Origin: Salisapilia sapeloensis CBS 127946
Taxonomy: Eukaryota; Protista; Oomycota
NCBI GenBank assembly: GCA_023334545.1
Contig: JAADVB010000129.1
Span: 1 to 51,191 of the forward strand
Direction of reading: 5' to 3'
DNA: 51,191 nucleotides
Part shown: piece after piece, positions 42,596-51,191 of the stretch
Numbering within the stretch: position 1 is the first letter of the stretch
Layout: every line of letters begins with the position of its first letter
Notes under the pieces: model-generated
What the model saw: only the letters and a program-made list of their open reading frames with translations
Told to the model about the DNA's origin: nothing
Database searches by the model: none
Program-made: the position numbers and the translations under genes

Positions 42596-43083
42596 ATGGA
42601 CGAAAAGGAATTTCAGACGCTGCTGGAGCAGTACCCTGTCGTTCGGAAGAAGACGCATATGCGAGTGGAATGGAACCCTCTGGTATATGTAGATGTATGG
42701 TAGTTGATATAGGAAGAGTCTTAGAGTGTGCTTGTAGAAAGATGATGATTCGAATGCGACTGGGCCGGCCCACACGGAGCGTATGATGTTTCTTTCGACG
42801 CTTATGTGCGATGATTAACCTGTCTTGGTAGTGATGACGGCGTCGATTGATCCAGAGGACTCGTTCCAGACGGCGTTGAGCAAGTTCTTGGAGCCATATT
42901 TCACTGCTTCGGAGCTACCACGCGTCTTACGTGCGTTTGAACAGGTATTCAATGGGATTGATACGTCTATGAGGATACGAGTAGGTAACGAGTTGTTTCG
43001 TGTGATAGTCCCAAGAGAGCTTTATTGCTGGATTATGTCTAGAAGATATAAACGACGTGTGTGTCAACCTAACGACCAACTAA
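42596..43083 (+). CDS. Conserved-looking hypothetical protein, 4 exons, 105 aa
   Basis: Exons 42596-42682, 42738-42780, 42832-42944, 43009-43083 splice in frame: MDEKEFQTLLEQYPVVRKKT...SFQTALSKFLEPYF...SQESFIAGLCLEDINDVCVNLTTN. Confidence 0.7.
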
Positions 43084-43135
43084 TCTACTCGACATCGGAC
43101 ATAGATGCAATACACTTGATTCGCATCGAAAGATA

Positions 43136-43926
43136 TCAAGTCGTTAGTTGTTCCTCGCGTGATATCCCATGTAACTACAGATGAAGTGGTAGTTGGTAGT
43201 ATTCATGTGACAGTAGGATGAGGTTAAAAGTACCTTTTGGAAGCGCTTGGACTGTGTCGAGTGACGGAATGGAGAAGTGCTCCAGGAGAGAATGAGTGTC
43301 TGCAGTTCTTCCGATGGTGTATCAAAGTCGATGATATTGATGATTCCTTCCTAGTTGTACAGCATATTAGAGGTACTTTTATATGATTGACTGGCGTATG
43401 GAGACGTACAATGTGTTGGAAGGATGCTTCATGAGAGGCTACGTCCTGTGACATCTGGAGATAGTACTCTTTTCCATTTCCTACTTGGCTATCTGGTTCT
43501 GGCGCTGAAACTACTTGCATACCAACCGAATGAAGACATGGTCAGTGGTTCATCCCGTACGAGGCATGATGCAAGCATCTACTTACGACACTTTCGAGCT
43601 TGGTCCTGCAGGTTATACATATCATCCAGTAGCTGGGCAAAGTCGGTATGCAGGTCTTTGATCTGCACATACAAGTCTTCTTGCACCCATGGATCGGCCA
43701 TTATGCCTCCACTGTGCCCATCAAAGTCGCCCAGACCTTGAGTAGCGGTCTCCGATAGAGCACGATTACTACTGCTACTTGCATTGGTCTGTGCTTTCTG
43801 AAAGGCTTCTAGTACTTGCATACCAGCATTCTCCTTTTCTCCCCACTCCTTTGCAATTGCAGTCAATTGATCATATAGATCCACTACGCTACTCTCACTA
43901 CGCTTCGAACGCTTCTTCCTCGCCAT
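43136..43926 (-). CDS. Hypothetical helical protein, 4 exons; weak resemblance to the C1orf109/AIRIM-like family
   Basis: First exon is the 43926-start ORF. Downstream exons (LSAPEPDS..., EGIINIIDF...LILSWSTSPF, LHGISREEQLTT*) join in frame through GT-AG introns. Confidence 0.6.
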
Positions 43927-44105
43927 GACCGGAGCTGGTCGTTCCGAGCGAGTTGTTAGAAGACATTTAGGTCGGATCGTATGGTACTTTTATTTGACTT
44001 GGTTTTTGTATACAAGACGACACGAAAGCAGGACAGTTCGGTCGACACTTGTCCTGTATCATCTACCTCGATCCTCCTTCCTCCTAGTGCCCATTAGATA
44101 GTACA

Positions 44106-45143
44106 ATGCAACGCAGTAGATCCTTTGTCAAAACTGCATGTCTAGTGCTACTCATTGTGTCCTTCGTGACGCTCCCAATGTCTACATTCGGTCAAGCAGC
44201 CGAGCCGGAAGTGGAGTTTAAGGAAGCGACGCAGACTGCTCGCGACTTGGATCCGGACATTTCGAACGTCCGACAGATGCGTAATGAAGCTATGCGTCTG
44301 AATGACAAGAGAGACTACAAGGGTGCCATCGACAAACATCGGGAGACCCTGACGATCATGCACGACCGCGTATTCGGAGCAGGCGCAGATAAAGTGACGA
44401 AGAAAGAAGATAAAACGCAGGATGCAGCTCTCTACACGCAACTGCTGAACGACTATGGATCCGTTCTTATCCGTGCGAAGCAGTATGACGAAGCTATTGA
44501 TGTGCTGGAAGACGCAGTGGCGATGGTCGCCAAGATCTATGATGAAAGCCATCCGTCCTACGGTCTCTCTCTCAAGTCTCTCGGAGAAGCCTACATGGCA
44601 AAGAAAGAGTACCAGGAGGCTGTGGATAGATACAAGAAGCTACGGAAGCTGATGAAGAAAGGCTTGGGCGTCAACCATGAAGCCTACGTAGACGTCCACT
44701 TGAAGCTCGTCGAGTGCTATCGCGCCATGGAGAAGCCTAAGCGCGCTTTGAAAGTCATTAAGAAGTTGATTGATGACCAGGGAGGCAATATCGATATGAG
44801 TACCAAGGGTTTTGCGGAAGCGTTCATCGAACTATCTACGCTTTATGTCCATGAAGGGGAGCTGGATGCTGCGATGCAATATGCCGAGGCCGCTCGGACG
44901 ATGGTGCAAAAGAGAGATGGAGAGATGACGATGCCATATGCTTTTAGTCTTAATGCTGTCGCAGGTGTCCACATGCACAAGGGTGAGGTGGAAGAGGCGT
45001 ATCAATTGCTCGTACGAGCGCATGAGATTGCGTTGAAATTAAATGGCAAGAGTAGTGACATTGTCCGATCGAGTCGATCGACGCTAAAGCAAGTGAAGAA
45101 TCGTTTGGATGCGGAACGGGAAGCCAGGAAGGATGAGCTATAG
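44106..45143 (+). CDS. Kinesin-light-chain-type TPR protein with signal peptide and C-terminal KDEL
   Basis: Hydrophobic ACLVLLIVSFVTLPMSTFG, repeats LLNDYGSVLIRAKQYDEAI and HPSYGLSLKSLGEAYMAKKEYQEA, ends ARKDEL. Confidence 0.85.
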   Translation: MQRSRSFVKTACLVLLIVSFVTLPMSTFGQAAEPEVEFKEATQTARDLDPDISNVRQMRNEAMRLNDKRDYKGAIDKHRETLTIMHDRVFGAGADKVTKKEDKTQDAALYTQLLNDYGSVLIRAKQYDEAIDVLEDAVAMVAKIYDESHPSYGLSLKSLGEAYMAKKEYQEAVDRYKKLRKLMKKGLGVNHEAYVDVHLKLVECYRAMEKPKRALKVIKKLIDDQGGNIDMSTKGFAEAFIELSTLYVHEGELDAAMQYAEAARTMVQKRDGEMTMPYAFSLNAVAGVHMHKGEVEEAYQLLVRAHEIALKLNGKSSDIVRSSRSTLKQVKNRLDAEREARKDEL

Positions 45144-45285
45144 ATGCATAATATACAGTCGTTTGCCACCTTTTCATCTCGTTTCGTTTCGTGCAAAGCG
45201 TCGCTAAGAGTGACTCTTGACTGCTACTGGAAGCGTCTTGTCGGCTCGTGGGAAGCAAGAGTCTCTCCACTTGTGAATAGGAGAC

Positions 45286-45928
45286 ATGACGGACTGTGAA
45301 AGCGGCAAGAGTTTTGGCTTTTTATATGAAAACCGAGAACCTTGTCATACGATTGCCTTGGTCCAACTCATCGTGACGCTACTGACGTTTGGATTCACGG
45401 TGGCGGTCTGGTGGGCTCCTCTCTGCGGCATTATCGTTGCTGCGATTGGATTCTATGGCACGGTTGAGCCCGTGACGCAGCGGAAAGTCAGCTTTATCCA
45501 TTTTGTATGCTTTTGTATTGGATTTTATGGAAAGGAATGCTAACGAAGAGCGATAGTACTATTGGGGAAACTGGTTTATGCTTGCACTCCAACTGTGTTC
45601 GGCCGTGCTACTGCTTTTGATTGTGAGTGGATGGGAGACGTACGACGGGTGGGCGTACACTATCTTTTTCACTGGTAGTATCGCCTTTGCAACGCAGTTC
45701 TCATGCACGGTACGATAGTTCCTACTAAGCTAGATGTTCGCTTACTGACACTTGGTCCAGTACGCAGCCATGCAACGATCATATTCGTTTCGAGCTGAAT
45801 TGATGCGCAACCCACCCCCATCAGAAGACTTGTACAACTTTCCAGCGCGTGCACATGGCGACAGTGATGTCCCGTATACTTCGTTTAGCCAGGAGTACAG
45901 AGCGCCATCGGAGCTCAAGACCATCTAA
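45286..45928 (+). CDS. Small multi-pass (about 4 TM) hypothetical membrane protein, 3 exons
   Basis: Exon 1 45286-45504, then YYWGNWFMLALQLCSAVLLLLIV...AFATQFSCT and YAAMQRSY...SELKTI*, joined in frame through GT-AG introns. Confidence 0.65.
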
Positions 45929-46112
45929 AGCCAATACAACTTCAAGTTAGCAACGATATTATCCGTCTCTTGAAGATATCGTGTTTTCTTCCAATCACCT
46001 ATCGCTTATATAATTTGGACGAATCACCGATAGAAGGTTGTCAGCCAGTCACACTCGCCTCGATTGCTACAGTTAGTCGGTCACTACTTGGACGAAAGGA
46101 CAAAAGACAGCC

Positions 46113-46740
46113 ATGGTCTCCCTCAAGCTACAGAAGCGGTATGTTCGTTCGGAAGGATTAGATAGGTCTAGGAACTAAGTTTGCATTGAATGACAGCCTC
46201 GCGGCGTCCGTGATGAAGTGCGGTAAGCGCAAGGTCTGGTTGGACCCGAACGAGACGAACGAGATTGCTCTCGCGAACTCTCGTCAGAACATCCGTAAGC
46301 TCGTCAAGGATGGTTTCGTGATCAAGAAGCCGCAGGTCATCCACTCTCGCTCGCGTTTCCACAAGCGTAACGAAGCCAAGCGCAAGGGCCGTCACACTGG
46401 TATTGGTAAGCGTCGTGGTACCAAGAACGCTCGTATGCCGATCAAGGTGATCTGGATGCGTCGTATGCGTGTGCTCCGTCGTCTGTTGCGCAAGTACCGT
46501 GAGTCGAAGAAGATCGACAAGCACATGTACCACGAGCTGTACATGCGCAGCAAGGGTAACCAGTTCAAGAACAAGCGTGTGCTCATGGAGACCGTCCACA
46601 AGATGAAGGCCGAGAACCAGCGCGAGCGTATGCTCAAGGAACAGTCCGAGGCCCGTAAGGAGAAGGCCAAGGCCGCTCGTGAGCGCAAGAGCCGCAAGGC
46701 TGCTGGCCCGGGCGAGACCGTCGAGGTCAAGAAGGAGTAA
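46113..46740 (+). CDS. RPL19: 60S ribosomal protein eL19
   Basis: MVSLKLQKR|[19 protein letters not shown], intron 46139-46196; [19 protein letters not shown]. Confidence 0.98.
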
Positions 46741-46878
46741 AGTTACTGTCTAGGAAAGTAAGCTCGCGGCATGGCGTGGTGCATGCTCGAATGAAATCGC
46801 TTTCGTCCATCTATTTTCTTTTCTTTTGCGAACATTTGTAGTTTCACTTTTGTAATTTTGGACAAGTAGACGAGCAAG

Positions 46879-47442
46879 ATGGAGCACGGGCAGGACGGCT
46901 CGGTTGTTAAGGCAGAAGTCGATGCTGTGACAGAAGCTAAGCTACATGAGGTGTGCTATGGGGTTATACCTATGTGTGGATGGGGTGTAACGATTGCCTA
47001 GACGTTTGATGCACTCCCGAGCTTGATCGAGGTCCTAAAAGACGTGCTGGCGGCGAGCTCCAGTCATGAGGCCACGAGAGTCGGCGACGTCTCCGAGACC
47101 GTAGGATCCTTGCCATGAAGGCAGATAAGCCTATCTATAGCTAGTGCCTTACGCATTATAATGACAGGCTGTCAAAGTGCGTGATAAGTACGAGGAGATG
47201 CTTCGGCTCCTGGCGGCTCTGCCTGGTACGGACACTTCCTTGGAAGAGCAGGAGAAGGCGATTGTAGATGCCAAGCAAGAGCTCCAACGTATTAGGTAGA
47301 CACATCCGCATCCACAAATCGTCACGAGCATAACATGGTCGTACATAGCGAATTGAGCGAGTTCTATAGCAACACCTTGTACAGAGGCACAGACGAACCT
47401 CGTGAACAAGCAGACGACGCGTTCTCGCGAGAAAAGCTCTAA
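46879..47442 (+). CDS. MED9: Mediator subunit 9-like protein, 4 exons
   Basis: Exons 46879-46950, 47002-47100, 47168-47295, 47349-47442. FDALPSLIEVL...KYEEMLRLLAALPGTDTSLEEQEKAIVDAKQEL resembles the Med9 LPGIDxSxEEQ motif. Confidence 0.65.
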
Positions 47443-47527
47443 TGCACGATAAAGCCACGTTTTTCTCATTGTATTGCGTTCTTTTATTCATATCGAAATC
47501 AACGCTCGGCAATCGCATACTTGGCGT

Positions 47528-48680
47528 CTAGTTAATGCCGATCGAGTTGAGGAATCGAAGCGAGAGCTCTACACCTAGGAAGCAGGCGGCGTTCGCAGGG
47601 AAGGCACGTGCCATCGCTGGACCGAGGCCATGGAAGAGTGCCGACGCGCCCTCTTCCTTCATGAGCACTTGGTAGCAGTGGAAGATGCCGCGGTACGTTC
47701 CGTCCGGAGCGGTCTGGATGCGGCTCTTGAGCACATCTGGAGGCATGGCGAGCGTCCAGTTCATCATACCAGCAAACCCTCCGGCCATGAAGAGTCTCGT
47801 GGCACTCAAGTCCTCCGTACGTGTTCCCTTGGGCGTAAAGGCACGCTTGAGTGCTTCGAATCCACCAAAGTATGCGACGGAACTACAGGAAGATGAGTGA
47901 CATGTAGAGAAGAGAGGAGAAGGAGACGTACGCAGGGATGTCTCGCAGGAGCGTGGCTTCCCAACCTCGGTAGACGCTGCTCAGACCGCCAGTCTTGTAC
48001 AGCTTCTTGCCGCAGTCAACCATGCCGTCGTAGAGCTTAGGCTCGCCTCGCTCCATGGCTTGGTTCTGGATCTGAAGCAGACACTTGATGCGCTCGCCTG
48101 GCGCCATGAAGACCGTCGCGGGGATGGCGGAGAAACCTCCGGCGAACATGAGCTGACCCATGGAGCTCGCTTGGTCCGGAGGAGTGCCCATGGCTTTACG
48201 CTAGACATGATAACGTTAGGAGGATGGTGCAGGAGGAGGAGGGAGGATGCGTACAGCAATGAGCTTGCCCATGTCGTTTCCCCAGAAGCACACGGCAAAG
48301 ATGGGGGTGACGCCGGTGAGAGGGGCGGAGAGGCCGCGGTAGAGACCCTTAGGCCCATCCTTGGCAATAAGCTTCCGGGCGCAGTCCATGGCGCCAGTGT
48401 ACATAGGCGCTTCGCCGGCTGCCGGTTTGGGCATGGTCTGGAGGTTGACCTTGACGAGATCCATGGGGTGTCCGACGGCCACGAGGCACATGCCTAGAGG
48501 TATGTGAGTTTATAGCAAGCAAGTAGAATTGTACGAGTCCGCACCTCCGAATCCGCCGGTGACAAACGAGACGAGTCCAGACGGCGCTAGAGCATATCGA
48601 CAGATAAGATACTTTTGGATCTAATTCGACAGAAACGAAAGTTTACGTTGTTTGTCCTGAGTCTTTGCTTCCGTGGCCAT
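47528..48680 (-). CDS. SLC25A20: Mitochondrial carnitine/acylcarnitine carrier, 5 exons
   Basis: GGFG|GMCLVAVGHPMDLVKVNLQT, APGERIKCLLQIQ, MPPDVLKSRIQTAP, RAFPANAACFLG; three PxD/ExxK carrier repeats. Confidence 0.93.
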
Positions 48681-50085
48681 GATGATGAGGTTGTATAAAG
48701 AGCGGAGGAGATTGTGAATGAGCTGGAGAGGTCGAAAGAGCTCGTATTGTTCACGTCAAACCTCGAATTGCGTTTAGTAAGATGTGGTAATCGTCCTAAT
48801 TAATAGCTACGGTCTCTTCTCTTTATGGAAGATAAATTTTCTCGGGTGTGTACTTAAATTGGGACGGTATCCGGATGACAGATGGATGGTCGGATAGAAA
48901 GAATGAGTCAAGCGTGTATCGCGTCCGTTCAAGATCTCGAGCGAGCACTCGTGCCGTTGGATGTGTGCGAAGGAAGAGGTATTCAGTAGTATCGGTCAGC
49001 TCTGTATTCAGTGGGAATTGCAGTTTTGATTTCTGTTATGCCGTGGGAATTTTGAGAACTAGAGATAACTTTTTACGTTTCGAATATGAAAGCATGGGAT
49101 GGAGACTTTCGGTGGAGACGACGCTTCATACGTCTCATTTAGCTCGCCCCTCGAGCGCTATCCTCTGTTGGAATTGACGTTTCGATTGTCTTGCTCACTG
49201 TAGCATGATTTGTATGGGAATTGCAACATCTAAATGACTTTTATGGACATGGAAACCTAAAAGGCGAGTTACGTTCCGAAACCTGTCTTATTTGTTGATT
49301 CTAAAAGTCTCCGATTCAGGATACAAAATGTCGATTTCATGTTCAAGTTGTTCGTGTTCGTAAAGCCTTTGGTACCTTGTAGAAACAGCGAGTCGGCTTT
49401 CAATAGACACGGACTACACCTTCATGTACATCATTTATCTTTCATTCGAAGCCTTCCATGTCGATGAGATATGTAGTAGAAATGCTTTCGACATGATGGT
49501 TCCACTTTTGTCTCCATAAGTGCAATCGCTTCCATTTTTGGAAAAAAGTTTCATGGCGAGACACCGTCGGCTGGCTAACTGTGTAGATCGGGCGATTGTG
49601 AAGTTTCCATCGATTCACTTCGGAAGTCTATACCTCCCCAAGTATCTCGTGTGCATGCCTCTACTTTGATATCGAGCGGCTGGTATCCAATCCCAAGGCC
49701 GATCGCAGCCAATGAAGCGTATGTTCGCACACAACCACTTCTTTCTATGGCTCCTAGTGGCGGCAACGACGAGGATTGAGGCCAGTGCTGCGGACAAACG
49801 GGTACAATTTTTATGAAAAGCAATACAGCTATTTTTTCGGCCATATCCTGTCTGACTGCGATTTATCCGTCAGTCTTGATTTTGCTTCCGCGCGCACAGG
49901 TCACTTGCAGAACGCTTGTTACCGAGTGCGCTTCTGCTTTCTGTAGCATCCCACACCCCGTTCGTTCACTTGTAGCGCATACTCTAGTTGAACACACGTG
50001 CTCCTGTGCACTACCTACATCCTTACATTCGTGCACCCACTTGCCGTACCCACCTCCCGCACTCGTTGATCTTTCAACAGCAACC

Positions 50086-50562
50086 ATGTTGCACGCTTCT
50101 TTCAACAAAAAGAGGCGCGCGCGGTCCTTATCCCCCGATCCGATCCAGTCGCCGTCGTCAAGACGGCGAGACCATGACGGCATTGCCGACGCGCTCCGGT
50201 CGCTCCAGGTTTCCTTGAAGCGGGAACCGTTGCCGCCGCCGACACCCGTGGCATCGCCAGTCCATAAACCGAGCCCAAAGCGCGCGCGACCTAGTCCAGA
50301 GTCGGTGGAGCATCCGAGTAACCAGACGCAATCGCCTCGACCGTCGTCTCGCACCGCACTTGTTGCCGTGAGCAATCGCATCAAGGATGAAGTCGACAAG
50401 CGGATGCAGAAGCGACGGAAACAACAGTCACACGCTAGAAGACGGGAGAAGCTGAATTATTTTGCCATCGTTGGTGCCTTCCATCGCGCCGCGTTTGAGC
50501 GTCAGCACTCGAGCGCACCTTTCAATTCGTTCGAGTGCGCGGTCGAGACGTCGGCCGAGTGA
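50086..50562 (+). CDS. Hypothetical basic, Pro/Ser-rich (probably nuclear) protein, 158 aa
   Basis: ATG 50086 in the open frame 49813-50562. NLS-like KKRRAR and RMQKRRK; C-terminal KLNYFAIVGAFHRAAFERQH looks constrained. Confidence 0.55.
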   Translation: MLHASFNKKRRARSLSPDPIQSPSSRRRDHDGIADALRSLQVSLKREPLPPPTPVASPVHKPSPKRARPSPESVEHPSNQTQSPRPSSRTALVAVSNRIKDEVDKRMQKRRKQQSHARRREKLNYFAIVGAFHRAAFERQHSSAPFNSFECAVETSAE

Positions 50563-50715
50563 CCGCTCTAGCATCCTACAGAACTGCCGTTGACAGCGAC
50601 AGTCCTAAGATACCAATCTTGCAGACGGGAAGAGGAAAACGTAATATATAAACTTATTCATATTCTCTTGTTCCACTTTCCCTTTCACGACCACTCTCGA
50701 CGGCTTAGTCGAAAC

Positions 50716-50725
50716 GTACATGTAC
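50716..50725. promoter_or_regulatory. GTACATGTAC perfect palindrome (TACATGTA motif) upstream of the NIPA-like gene
   Basis: Exact 10 bp palindrome about 225 nt before ATG 50949. Confidence 0.35.
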
Positions 50726-50948
50726 CTACTACCGATTCTCTTCCTCCAGCTGCAAGCTTCCGTTCTAATATTTCGAAGGCTTCCGGACTCTTCCCATCGA
50801 TTCGCGACGACATGAGGGCATCTGAGCTGGCAATGCTACTGTTGAGTGAGCTTCATGTCGCCACCTCGTGGCCTACTGTTCTCGTCCCGTTCTATTAATA
50901 ACTTGAAGCCAAGGAGCATGGCGATGTTTGCTCGACAACGAATTGCGC

Positions 50949-51191
50949 ATGGAGACGCAGGTGGACGCAGATGAGAAACTGGCTTCCCAATGGTATGTCG
51001 GTGTGATACTGTCTATCCTCGGATCCATCGGAACAAACCTCGGGCAGAATGTCCAAAAGTACTCGTTCATGCGAGAAGCAAAGCGGAGGGCGGTCGATCG
51101 TAGACACTACGTCAAACAGCCGCTATGGGCTCTTGGTAGCACAGCACAGTATCCAGAGTATCTCGACAGAAACCTCTCATTCGTACCCATG
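50949..51191 (+). CDS. NIPA-family magnesium transporter, first exon only (3'-truncated)
   Basis: METQVDADEKLASQWYVGVILSILGSIGTNLGQNVQKYSFMREAKR...YVKQPLWALG followed by a GTAGCA donor near 51136; matches the NIPA N-terminus (G..L..G..+QK...Y...PLWW.G). Confidence 0.7.
   Translation, partial: METQVDADEKLASQWYVGVILSILGSIGTNLGQNVQKYSFMREAKRRAVDRRHYVKQPLWALGSTAQYPEYLDRNLSFVPM

Noticed and set aside
33542-45143. RxLR or Crinkler effector motifs in the signal-peptide proteins
   Set aside because: No RxLR-dEER or LFLAK motif follows any of the signal peptides.
49813-50085. N-terminal extension of the 249 aa ORF from ATG 49813
   Set aside because: Pyrimidine-rich, leader-like composition with atypical Cys/His-rich translation; ATG 50086 is the more plausible start, although not proven.

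Overview
Eukaryotic nuclear DNA, almost certainly from an oomycete (inference from the gene set, an oomycete-type INR+FPR promoter element, TACATGTA palindromes and short 48-70 nt spliceosomal introns). The window is very gene-dense: about 45 protein-coding genes, mostly housekeeping (ribosomal, mitochondrial, trafficking, Mediator/chromatin, His/riboflavin biosynthesis), often in head-to-head or tail-to-tail pairs. Several genes are split into small exons and are missed or mis-started by the ORF track (LAMTOR3, STX5, MED9, NIPA, three small hypothetical genes); I assembled these by hand from splice signals. I found no rRNA, tRNA, transposon or CRISPR array. The strongest candidate for an undescribed system is a four-gene cluster at 33.5-37.4 kb. 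It encodes DOLPP1-like PAP2 lipid-phosphate phosphatases with a six-cysteine N-terminal module (C-x5-CC-x2-CG-x-DS-x-RCARGPCS) and a CxxC-x-RP-CxxC active-site loop; two copies have lost the catalytic-motif lysine. A second, window-wide signal is a TAG/CTAG excess (splice acceptors, stop codons, tetramers) suggesting CpA/TpG-to-TpA mutational pressure. All family assignments come from motif recognition, not database searches.
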